From Thermoanaerobaculia bacterium (GTDB lineage Bacteria; Acidobacteriota; Thermoanaerobaculia; UBA5066; Gp7-AA6): a stretch of DNA of 64,000 nucleotides. Made by a program: the position numbers and the translations under genes. The notes beneath the pieces are model-generated. The model worked only from the letters and a program-made list of their open reading frames with translations. It was not told the origin of the DNA and made no database searches. This document shows, in pieces, positions 19,122-27,343 of this stretch. Each line of letters opens with the position of its first letter. The first letter of the stretch is position 1. The DNA lies in assembly GCA_035500755.1 (NCBI GenBank), contig DATJXB010000069.1:4084-68083 (forward strand), written 5' to 3'.

Positions 19122-19805
19122 TCAGGCGCGGGGAAACGTCGTGATCCAGAGGATCGCGACGGCCAGCATCACGAAGGCGACGGCGACGAGGCCGACGCGG
19201 GCGGCATGGATCCTGAAGCGCTGGCTCAAGGCCGTCAGCAGCAGGACCGTGGCGAGCACGACGGTGATCCGCACGTAGTCGTCGCCGGTCTCGCGGCTCC
19301 TGACGCCGCGCTCGTACTGTTCCCGCGCGCTCTGGCCGAGCTCGCGCGCCTTCGCGAGGCGCTCGCTCTTGAACTCGGGCATGAACGCGGGCCCGAAGGG
19401 CGCGTTCGCGTTGTGCAGGGGATCGGTCTTGACCCAGGCCTGAAAGGCGACCTCGTACTCCGGCCGGAATCGCCGCTCGAGCAGCGCCGCGTAGTCGCGG
19501 TCGCCGGCGCGCGTCGCCTGCACCCAGGAAAGGAGCGCCATGACGTCGTAGAGGTGATCCTGACCGGCGAGCGTCTTCTGTTCCTGCGCCTCTTCCGTGA
19601 GTTGTGACGAGCGGGCGTACGCGGCCGCGCTCGCGGCGTCCCACCGGGCCGCCTGATAGCCGCTCCAGGCCGTCAGGACGGCGACGGCGGCGAGCACGAT
19701 CGCCTCGACCAGCTCGAGCCACTCCGCGCGGCCGTGCGGGCCGCCATGGTGGCCGCTCTCGTGGATCCGGTGCGCGAACTCGACGTTCGACGTGGTCTCG
19801 GGCAT
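19122..19805 (-). CDS. DUF4337-like membrane protein
   Basis: GGAGGAG SD. His-rich N-terminus (HRIHESGHHGGPHG), one TM, a long helical region and two C-terminal TMs. This architecture matches my memory of DUF4337. The family name is not verified. Confidence 0.7.
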   Translation of the reverse strand: MPETTSNVEFAHRIHESGHHGGPHGRAEWLELVEAIVLAAVAVLTAWSGYQAARWDAASAAAYARSSQLTEEAQEQKTLAGQDHLYDVMALLSWVQATRAGDRDYAALLERRFRPEYEVAFQAWVKTDPLHNANAPFGPAFMPEFKSERLAKARELGQSAREQYERGVRSRETGDDYVRITVVLATVLLLTALSQRFRIHAARVGLVAVAFVMLAVAILWITTFPRA

Positions 19806-19848
19806 CGACTCCTCCGCTCGAAACTGCGGGGGAGGATATCGCGCCCCG

Positions 19849-21045
19849 CTACGGGACGATGTGGATCACGCCGAGCATGCCCTCGTGCTGGTTCGCGTTT
19901 CCGCAAGACGTGTTCTTGCAGGCGAAGCCGACGTTGGCGGGGCCGGAGGTCGGAATCGTGAGCGTGTAGGTGACGGACTGGCCCTGGGTGAGGACGGTGT
20001 CGGGGATGCCGAGACCGACGAGACCCGCGTTCAACTCGTGGGGCTGTGTCTGGTCGCCGCCGGACGAATCGACGTTGCGGATCGTGAGCTGGTACGTGCA
20101 CCCCTCGTGGAGCGTGATGCCGTTGCGGCCGAGCCCCATCGGGTCGGGATTCTCGACCTGGTAGGCGCAGGTGCCTTGCTGGCAGGGAACGTCGACGGAG
20201 CACCAGTCCCATTGCCACGACAGCACGCGCAGCCCCAGTTGGGTCGGGCCGGACGGCGTCGCGGTCGGTGTCACCGTGGGCGCCACCGTTGCCGCTCCTG
20301 TCGGCGTCCGCGTCGGCGTCGGTGTTCGCGTTCGCGTCGGCTGTCCGGGAATCGCCGTGGCGGTCGGCGCCGCCGGAGTCGGCGTCGGCAGGATCGGGAA
20401 TGTCTCGGTGTCCCAGTTCCCGCACGGCGAGTCGTCGGTCTTCTCGTAGACCTGGACCTGGCCCGTCGTCACGTCGCGGACGGTCATCGTGTAGTGGAGG
20501 CTCGTCATCGCGCTCCAGAAGATCCAGTAGTGGCCGAACGTCGTCGCCTCGAGGACCTTGAGCGTCACCTCCGGGTTGCCCGGATCGTGCGTGATTCCCG
20601 GAAAGCTGAACCAGCCGAAGCGGTCGGTCACCGCGACGGCCTGGGCCGGCGAATCGGCGCCGGTGTTGGGGTCTTTCGCGTCGATCGAGATCTCGAAGGG
20701 GTGGACGCCGAGCAGCCGCAGCGTCGTGCTCGACGAGACGGTCACGGCCGTTGCGGTCGAGGTGTCCTGCGAGGTCAGGCGGACGGTGTAGGGCCCGGCG
20801 GCGCTCCAGACGTGCGACGGAGCCGCGGTCGCCGCCGAGGAGCCGTCGCCGAAGTCCCAGAGCCACGAGGTCGCGGCCGCGGGCGACGTGTCGCGCAGGA
20901 CCACGGTCTGACCGGCCACCGGATTGGGCGGGTCGATTTCGAACGTCACCGTCGGCGCGGCGCCCGCGCGGGCGAGCCAGAGGCTCGCGGCGGCGAGGGC
21001 GGCGACGGCGAGCGCGCGGTGCAGGGTCCTTTTCATTCGGCTCAT
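19849..21045 (-). CDS. Secreted multidomain protein: PKD domain, conserved beta-rich domain, Pro/Thr linker, COX2-like (CuA-type) cupredoxin domain
   Basis: Signal peptide. PKD signature (WLWDFGDGSSA...HVWSAAGPYTVRL). GWFSF...EVTLKVLE...YWIFWSAMTSLHYTMTVRDVTTG domain. PT-rich linker. The C-terminus has SWQWDW and H-x39-C-x4-C-x5-H-x2-M. Confidence 0.8.
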   Translation of the reverse strand: MSRMKRTLHRALAVAALAAASLWLARAGAAPTVTFEIDPPNPVAGQTVVLRDTSPAAATSWLWDFGDGSSAATAAPSHVWSAAGPYTVRLTSQDTSTATAVTVSSSTTLRLLGVHPFEISIDAKDPNTGADSPAQAVAVTDRFGWFSFPGITHDPGNPEVTLKVLEATTFGHYWIFWSAMTSLHYTMTVRDVTTGQVQVYEKTDDSPCGNWDTETFPILPTPTPAAPTATAIPGQPTRTRTPTPTRTPTGAATVAPTVTPTATPSGPTQLGLRVLSWQWDWCSVDVPCQQGTCAYQVENPDPMGLGRNGITLHEGCTYQLTIRNVDSSGGDQTQPHELNAGLVGLGIPDTVLTQGQSVTYTLTIPTSGPANVGFACKNTSCGNANQHEGMLGVIHIVP

Positions 21046-21080
21046 CTCAAAAGGCGGGGGCGGCCCCGTGGCCGCCCCCG
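21041..21080 (-). terminator. Intrinsic terminator after the DUF1501 gene
   Basis: Perfect 11-bp stem CGGGGGCGGCC/GGCCGCCCCCG with a 4-nt loop. On the minus strand it is followed by CCTTTTGAG, which runs into the next gene's ATG. Confidence 0.5.
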
Positions 21081-21093
21081 TGCCGGATCTTTC

Positions 21094-22575
21094 TCAGCAG
21101 CTTCCGGGAGGAGCGCCCAGGAAGCCGAGGTCCATCGTCGGAAAGTTGTCCTTGTTCGGGAAGACCGATCCCATGTCGCCGTCGGCCACGCCGAACCACT
21201 TCGCGAGGGTGCCGCCGTACTGGTCCGCGCCCGTGGTCGGGATCCAGCGGCCGCGGCCGTTGGAGGCGCTGTTGGTCGTGTCGTCGGGCCCGCCCATCTG
21301 CAGCGCCGGGAAGATCGACCCGGTCGATCCGTTCGGCGTCCCGTAGAAGTTGCCGCCGCCGACGGCGTCGCCCATGACGAGCTGGTGGCTGCCCCAGCCG
21401 TGGTCGGTGCCGGCGTCGTTCCCCGTGCCCGACTCCTGGAGCGTGCGCGAGAAATCCGAGAGGGTGAAGGTCGTGATCTTGTCCTGCAGGCCGAGCTCGA
21501 TCGTCGCCTGGTAGAAGGACGCGAGCGCCTGCGACAGGTCGAGGAAGTTGTTGCCCTGGTCGTTCGTCTGGTTCTGGTGCGTGTCGTAGCCGCCCTGCGA
21601 GACGAAAAAGATCTGGCGCGACAGCGACAGCCCCGGCGCGGTCTGGATGAGCTTGATGACCTTGGCGACCTGCTTGAGCTGGTTGCCGAGACCCGTGGTC
21701 GGGAAGATGGTGTTGACGGTCGGGTCCGTGGAGAAGTCGGCGCTGATGTCGACGGCCTGCTGCGTCGTGGCGCTCGCCGCCGAGATCATGGTCGCGGTGT
21801 TGTCGATCGTGCGCAGGTAGTCCATCGAGCTGCGGCGCGCAGCGTCGGTGGCCGACCCGCTGAAGCCGTTCAACACGAGCACGCTCGTCAGCGATCCGGT
21901 CCCGATCGACAACGGACGCTTCAGTCCGATGGCGAAGGTCGACGAGCCCGAAATCGACGTGACCGTCGGGAAGCCGCCGCCCGCCGCGTTGCAGGTGGCG
22001 ACGGCGTCGGCCGCGCGGCCACCCCAGCCCGTCGAGATCTTGATGTCCGAGCGCCCGGACTCCCACGCCTGAACCTGGTCGGAGTGCGAGAAGAGGGCGT
22101 AGGGCTTGGGAACGCTGTTGCCCATGTACTGCGCCTGGGACATCGGCGCCACGAGCGGTCCGACGTTGCTGACGACGGCGAGCTTGGAGGCGTTGTAGAG
22201 GCTCACCGGCCCGGGGTAGACGGGGCCCGCGTTGGGCGTCTGGTAGTCGCCCATGTTCGGGTGGAAGCCGAACGTGCGGCCCGGCAGGCTCGCCGGCGAG
22301 GCGCCGAGCGGCAGGATGCTGCCCTGCGGGATCGCGATCGTGGGCCGCTGCGACTGGTACGACGAGTAGTTCCCGTCGGTCGGGATGACCATGTTGTTCG
22401 AGTCGCTGCCGCCGTTGAGGTAGATGCAGACGAGCGCGCGGTAGTTGCCCGTCACGCTGTTCGGCGTGGCGAGCAGGTTGACGAGCCCGAACTTGCGAAT
22501 GGTTCCCTGGAGCGCCGAGGCGCCGAGGGCCGCGCAGGTCGTGCGGACGAGGAAGTCCCTTCTCGAGTGCGACAT
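21094..22575 (-). CDS. DUF1501 domain protein (sulfatase/AlkP-like fold, Tat-exported)
   Basis: Tat signal MSHSRRDFLVRTTCAALGASAL. Sequence is typical of DUF1501 (GGYDTH, TLSDFSRT, GTDHGWG). It follows the DUF1800 gene by 4 nt. Confidence 0.9.
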   Translation of the reverse strand: MSHSRRDFLVRTTCAALGASALQGTIRKFGLVNLLATPNSVTGNYRALVCIYLNGGSDSNNMVIPTDGNYSSYQSQRPTIAIPQGSILPLGASPASLPGRTFGFHPNMGDYQTPNAGPVYPGPVSLYNASKLAVVSNVGPLVAPMSQAQYMGNSVPKPYALFSHSDQVQAWESGRSDIKISTGWGGRAADAVATCNAAGGGFPTVTSISGSSTFAIGLKRPLSIGTGSLTSVLVLNGFSGSATDAARRSSMDYLRTIDNTATMISAASATTQQAVDISADFSTDPTVNTIFPTTGLGNQLKQVAKVIKLIQTAPGLSLSRQIFFVSQGGYDTHQNQTNDQGNNFLDLSQALASFYQATIELGLQDKITTFTLSDFSRTLQESGTGNDAGTDHGWGSHQLVMGDAVGGGNFYGTPNGSTGSIFPALQMGGPDDTTNSASNGRGRWIPTTGADQYGGTLAKWFGVADGDMGSVFPNKDNFPTMDLGFLGAPPGSC

Positions 22576-22579
22576 GGCG

Positions 22580-25126
22580 TTACCTCTGCACCTGGTACTG
22601 CGACGAGGTCGCGACCAGATAAAGCGCCTGGCGGGCGCGTCTCAACGTGTCGGTGGACGGGGTGACGGCTTCGACCGCCCCGATGATCGAGGTGCGCATG
22701 TCATCGGACATCGTCCCGTGCAGGAGAAGCCGGTTGAGCTTGTCCACCAGGTTGGGCGAGCTCGGCGCGAGCTGCTGGAGCTCGGTCAGGTCGATCGACG
22801 TGCCGTTCGGCGTGTAGCAGGACGTCGTGCTGCAGTTGATCGCGATGCTCGAGTAGACGATCGTGTTCATGAAGTTCGCGCGCTTCAACGACGTCGAGGC
22901 GTCCATGATGCCGAACTCGGGGCCGAACAGGCCGGCCGTCGCGGGCGGCGCATAGTAGTCCTGCGGGAAGTAGCTGAAGACCGTCGACGGCTTCCAGATC
23001 TCCTGTCCCTGGTCGCGGGAGCAGTTGCCGCACGTCGAGAGGGCGCCGTCGGACTGAAGGCTCCGGTTGGCCGATTGCGCGTTGAAGGCCCGCAGGACCC
23101 CGAGCATGAACTCGGCGGGCTCCTTCAGCTTTCCGTAGTTCACGTCCGCCGGGGCGTTGCGGGCCTCGGGGTCGAGGAGGATCGCCTTCACGACCGCCCA
23201 CAGGCTGCCGCGGACGCCCGAGCCGTTGTCGTTGAAGAAGCCCGCGACCCGCTCGACGTACGCGGGCGACGGGTTCGACGTGACGAGGTTGTGGATGAGC
23301 TCGCGCGACAGGTACGGTCCGACGTTCGGGTGATTGAACAGCGCGTCGAGGGCCATCGAGAGATCGGTCGCCGCGGGCTGCCCCGAGGGGATGGCCGTCG
23401 GCGCGCCGTCGCCGTTCAGGTTCGGCAGGAACCCGAGGAAGAGGTTCTTGGCGCTGGTGTCGTGGCGGTCCTCCTGGTTCGAGCCGTTCTTGTGGATCGG
23501 CATCGGGTTCAGGTAGTCGCCCGTCGTGTCGGTGTCGCCGGCGAGGGTGACCGAGACGCTCGGGATGTACCAGCCGGTGAACACGAGCTTCATGTTGTCG
23601 ATGACCGACTGGTCGTAGCTCGGCAGCGGCAAACCGCTGACGCCGTCGTTCTGCGTCGAGCCGTCCTGGTTCAGCAGGTCCGTTCCGATCGAGAACAGCT
23701 GCATGACTTCGCGGGCGTAGTTCTCGTTCGGGTTGGTCCGGGTCGACGTGTCCATGTTGAGGAACTCGCCCATGGCCGGGTTGAGGGTCAGGTCCTCGAG
23801 GACGTCACGGTAGTTGCCGAAGGCATCCGTGTTGAGCAGGTTCAGGTACGGAATGACCTGGCTCGGGCGCGTGATCGTGTTGGTCGACACCACGTCGATC
23901 TTGTGGAGGGCGAAGAAGACGCGCTGGCGGAGCTGGTCCGGGCCGTAGAGCGCGCTCTTGAAGAAGGCCGTGTAGAGCGGGTAGGTCGAGTAGTTGTCGC
24001 GGCGGCAGTTCGGCGGCGTCGCGGCCGTGCCGTCGCCGCAGGCGTCGGGCGTGCTGTCGGGAACCAGGGCCTGGGCCGGGATGAGCGACGGCGTCGCGCT
24101 GTACTGCGACGCGAGCCACGGGAGGTAGCCCTGGCCGAGAACGTTGGCGATTTCCGAGTCCTTCGGTCCCCAGCTCGCCTGTTCGAGGAGGCGCGTGGCT
24201 TCCGCGCGATGGAACATCTTCGCGAGGAAAACGGCCATCTGGCCGCGGGTGACCGGGTTGCTCGGGCAGAAGAGCGGGCCGCCACAGCCGGTGGTGACGT
24301 AGAGCCGCGCGAGCTCCTCGACCCAGGGGGCGAAGGGGTTCGACGTGGGCACGTCGGAGAAGACGCCGGTGGCCGCCGGCGGGGCGTAGCCGTTGCCGTG
24401 GTAGATCTTCAGGAGGAAGGCGGACATCTGTCCGCGGGTGACCGAGGAGCCCGGGCAGTAGTTCGGCGGGGTTCCGGACTGGCAGCCGCCGGTGATGCCT
24501 TCGGCGTAGAGCTGCTCGATCCAGTCGGCCGCGAAGTCGCCCTGGTGAACGTCGCCGAAGATGGTGCCGGTCGCCGGCGGCGGCACGTAGGCGGAGCCGT
24601 GCTCGGCGCGCAGCAGGAACACCGCCATCTGGGCGCGCGTGACCGCGGAGGTCGGGCAGTAGTTGCCGGCCCCGCAGCCCGCGGTGATGCCGTCGCGGAT
24701 GATCGTTTCCACGGGCGCGTGGTAGGGGCTCGCCTGCGAGATGTCGGCGAAGTCGGAGAACCAGCCCTTGGGCAGGACGGCCGCGGGGCCGCCGTTGTCG
24801 ACCACGATGTCGTAGAGGGTGCCCGCGGTCAGCCCGGGGCTCGTCGCCTGGATGAGCGTCGAGGTCTTGACGATCGCGCCGACGCCCATGCCTCCGATCG
24901 TGACGGTCGCGCCCGGCGAGAACTGGTTGCCGACGAGGTTGACCGGCGTGCCGCCGGACGCCGGTCCCGAGGTTGCCGACACGTACGCGAGCTGGAAGGG
25001 CGTCGCGCTCGTGCCGGCGAGGGTGATACCCGCGGACGCGAGTCCGAGGGTCGCGAGAACCGTCGCGCGGCGCGCGGCGCCTCTCGCGAAAGAAAGAGAC
25101 CGCCGGGCAAAGGGTCGTTCTCTCAT
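22580..25126 (-). CDS. IPT/TIG + 3x SLH-like repeats + DUF1800 domain protein
   Basis: The internal ATG at 25126 gives a signal peptide. IPT-like segment (SGPASGGTPVNLVGNQFSPGATV). Three repeats of F.DV...FA.W.E.L...GIT.GC....YCP...VTR.QM..FL. The C-terminal ~560 aa are DUF1800-like. Confidence 0.88.
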   Translation of the reverse strand: MRERPFARRSLSFARGAARRATVLATLGLASAGITLAGTSATPFQLAYVSATSGPASGGTPVNLVGNQFSPGATVTIGGMGVGAIVKTSTLIQATSPGLTAGTLYDIVVDNGGPAAVLPKGWFSDFADISQASPYHAPVETIIRDGITAGCGAGNYCPTSAVTRAQMAVFLLRAEHGSAYVPPPATGTIFGDVHQGDFAADWIEQLYAEGITGGCQSGTPPNYCPGSSVTRGQMSAFLLKIYHGNGYAPPAATGVFSDVPTSNPFAPWVEELARLYVTTGCGGPLFCPSNPVTRGQMAVFLAKMFHRAEATRLLEQASWGPKDSEIANVLGQGYLPWLASQYSATPSLIPAQALVPDSTPDACGDGTAATPPNCRRDNYSTYPLYTAFFKSALYGPDQLRQRVFFALHKIDVVSTNTITRPSQVIPYLNLLNTDAFGNYRDVLEDLTLNPAMGEFLNMDTSTRTNPNENYAREVMQLFSIGTDLLNQDGSTQNDGVSGLPLPSYDQSVIDNMKLVFTGWYIPSVSVTLAGDTDTTGDYLNPMPIHKNGSNQEDRHDTSAKNLFLGFLPNLNGDGAPTAIPSGQPAATDLSMALDALFNHPNVGPYLSRELIHNLVTSNPSPAYVERVAGFFNDNGSGVRGSLWAVVKAILLDPEARNAPADVNYGKLKEPAEFMLGVLRAFNAQSANRSLQSDGALSTCGNCSRDQGQEIWKPSTVFSYFPQDYYAPPATAGLFGPEFGIMDASTSLKRANFMNTIVYSSIAINCSTTSCYTPNGTSIDLTELQQLAPSSPNLVDKLNRLLLHGTMSDDMRTSIIGAVEAVTPSTDTLRRARQALYLVATSSQYQVQR

Positions 25127-25399
25127 CGGCCTTGGTCCTTTCTGACAGCCGTCCTGAAGGGATTGAATTTTTCCGGTGCCGGGAATTGTAGAAGCCGGCC
25201 GTCGAGGCCGGTGGTGATGCCGGTCACAGTGAGTCGCGAACACGACAAAGTATCGGGGAGATTACGGCCCCCGGAGCCGCCGCGCGACTGATCTCGCGGT
25301 CCAAAGACGGACAGGAGGTCGGCGCGCGCGAGCGCTGGCCGTCCGTTCAGGTTACGGGAAGGCGGGGGCCGCCTCATAATCGTTTCGGACGAGCCACTG

Positions 25400-27343
25400 A
25401 TGAAATCGTTGACACGCGCCGCGAAGATTTTCTCGGCGGCGGCCGCGCTCACCCTCGCGGCGGCCCGTGCCGGAGGCCAGCCGATGGCGCCGCGGCTCGA
25501 GGCCGGACTCCCGGGACCGACGCTGACGCTGCCCACGAACTGGTGGAACACCGACGTCTCCGCGGCGCCGGTCGACGGCGGTTCGGCCGCCTTCATCGCG
25601 TACATCGACAACGGCAGCCCCCGCCCGCTCCACCCGGATTTCGGCGGCACGCAGGACGACGGCATCTCGATCTACGGCTTTCCGTACGTCGTCGTCGACG
25701 CGAGCCAGCCGAAGAAGACGGTCCAGTTCGACCAGGCCGACGAAAGCGACGGCGTCGACCACTCGACCGAGACGTCGTATCCGTTCTATCCGATCCCGGA
25801 CGCCGCGATCACGCAGCCGCACTGGATCGAGGGCGGCGATCCCGGGAACATCGACGACACGGGCTCGATCGACCGCCACCTGCTGATCGTCGACCGCGAC
25901 AACCGTTACCTCTACGAGCTCTACAACGTCTGGTGGGACGGGTCGCAGTGGACCGCCTACTCGGGCGCGTTTTTCGACCTGAAGACCAACGACCGCCGTC
26001 CCGACGGCTGGACGTCGGCCGACGCCGGGGGGCTCGCGATCCTGCCCGGCCTCGTGCGCTACGACGAGGTGTTCGGGCCCGACGAGATCCGGCACGCGTT
26101 CCGATTCACCGTCCGCCACACGCACGGCTACTCCTACCCGGGCTCGCACCTCGCCGGTCCGCAGATCGACGGGGCCCCGCCGATGGGAATGCGGATGCGC
26201 CTGAAGGCCTCGAAGGACATCTCCGGGTTCAGCCCCGAGATCCAGAAGATCTTCCGCGCGATGAAGCGCTACGGCCTGATCGTCGCCGACAACGGCAGCG
26301 ACATGTACATCAGCGGGACGTGGGACGTCCGCTGGGACAACGACGTCCTGAACCCGGCCTTCGGGGCGCTGACGGCGGACGACTTCGAGGTCATCCAGCT
26401 CGGATGGCAGCCGCCGCTCGCGCCGGCCCTCGCCGTCGACGCGCGGACGGGCGGCACGTCGAACCAGAACGGCGTTCTCGAGCCCGGCGAGACCGCCGTG
26501 GTCGAGCCGTCCTGGGAGAATCCGCCGTCGGGATCGGCGACGCTCGCCGGGACGGCGTCGGCCTACGGCGGGCCGGCGGGCGCTGCCTACACGATGGCCG
26601 ACGCGTCGGCGGCGTACGGCGCGCCGGCCTACGGAGCGCCCGCGAGCTGCTTCGACGCGACGGCAAACTGCTACGCGCTGACTCTGTCGAACCCGGCCGC
26701 GCGGCCGGCGCCTCACTGGGACGCCGTCTTCACCGAAACGGTCGGCGGCACTGCGGCGAGGACCTGGACGCTTCACGTGGGCGCGAGCTTTTCCGACGTG
26801 CCGGTGACCGACCCGTACTACGCGAAGATCGAAACCCTGTTCCACAACGGCGTCACGGCGGGATGCAACGGCGGCGAGTACTGTCCGGGCGACCCGGTGA
26901 CGCGAGCGCAGATGGCCGTCTTCCTCCTGAAGGGGAAGCTCTGGGCCGGCTACGTGCCGCCACCCGGGACCGGCACGCGCTTCTCCGACGTTCCGCCGGG
27001 CGCCTTTGCGCTCGACTGGATCGAGGACCTCGCGGACTCCGGGATCACGGCCGGCTGCGACGTGAACCGCTATTGCCCGGACCACCCGGTGACGCGGGCC
27101 CAGATGGCGGTGTTCCTGTTGAAGGCCGAGCACGGGAGCGCCTACGCGCCGCCGGCGGCGATGGGCGTCTTCGCCGACGTGCCCGCCTCGGACAATTTTG
27201 CGCCGTGGATCGAGGAGCTCGCGGCCGAAGGGATCACCGCGGGCTGCGGGGGCGGCAACTACTGTCCCGACAGCCCGAACACGCGGGCGCAGATGGCCGC
27301 GTTTCTCGACGCGACGTTCGGTCTCAGCCTCTACGGACCGTAG
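25400..27343 (+). CDS. Secreted hypothetical protein with C-terminal 3x SLH-like repeats
   Basis: Signal peptide. Conserved N-terminal domain (WTSADAGGLAILPGLVRYDEV, IRHAFRFTV, PPMGMRMRLK, YGLIVADNGS). A middle beta domain ends in LHVGASFSDVP. Three GIT.GC...YCP...VTRAQMA.FL repeats follow. Confidence 0.85.
   Translation: MKSLTRAAKIFSAAAALTLAAARAGGQPMAPRLEAGLPGPTLTLPTNWWNTDVSAAPVDGGSAAFIAYIDNGSPRPLHPDFGGTQDDGISIYGFPYVVVDASQPKKTVQFDQADESDGVDHSTETSYPFYPIPDAAITQPHWIEGGDPGNIDDTGSIDRHLLIVDRDNRYLYELYNVWWDGSQWTAYSGAFFDLKTNDRRPDGWTSADAGGLAILPGLVRYDEVFGPDEIRHAFRFTVRHTHGYSYPGSHLAGPQIDGAPPMGMRMRLKASKDISGFSPEIQKIFRAMKRYGLIVADNGSDMYISGTWDVRWDNDVLNPAFGALTADDFEVIQLGWQPPLAPALAVDARTGGTSNQNGVLEPGETAVVEPSWENPPSGSATLAGTASAYGGPAGAAYTMADASAAYGAPAYGAPASCFDATANCYALTLSNPAARPAPHWDAVFTETVGGTAARTWTLHVGASFSDVPVTDPYYAKIETLFHNGVTAGCNGGEYCPGDPVTRAQMAVFLLKGKLWAGYVPPPGTGTRFSDVPPGAFALDWIEDLADSGITAGCDVNRYCPDHPVTRAQMAVFLLKAEHGSAYAPPAAMGVFADVPASDNFAPWIEELAAEGITAGCGGGNYCPDSPNTRAQMAAFLDATFGLSLYGP

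Noticed and set aside
20230-20400. Low-complexity GTCGGCGT / GTCGG-rich DNA repeats
   Set aside because: They lie inside the PKD/cupredoxin CDS and simply encode its Pro/Thr-rich linker (TPTPAAPTATA...TRTPTPTRTPTG). They are not an independent repeat element.
19792-25291. 957-aa and 948-aa plus-strand ORFs (19792-22665, 22445-25291)
   Set aside because: They are antisense to the PKD/cupredoxin, DUF1501 and DUF1800 genes, all of which have signal peptides and family motifs. Their translations are Arg/Gly/Val/Asp-rich shadows.
25127-25399. Promoter hexamers in the divergent SLH-gene spacer (TTGAAT at 25163-25168; TACAAT on the minus strand at 25185-25190)
   Set aside because: No partner -35 or -10 lies at acceptable spacing for either candidate, so this is too weak to annotate. 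The region is only noted as relatively AT-rich and probably contains both promoters.
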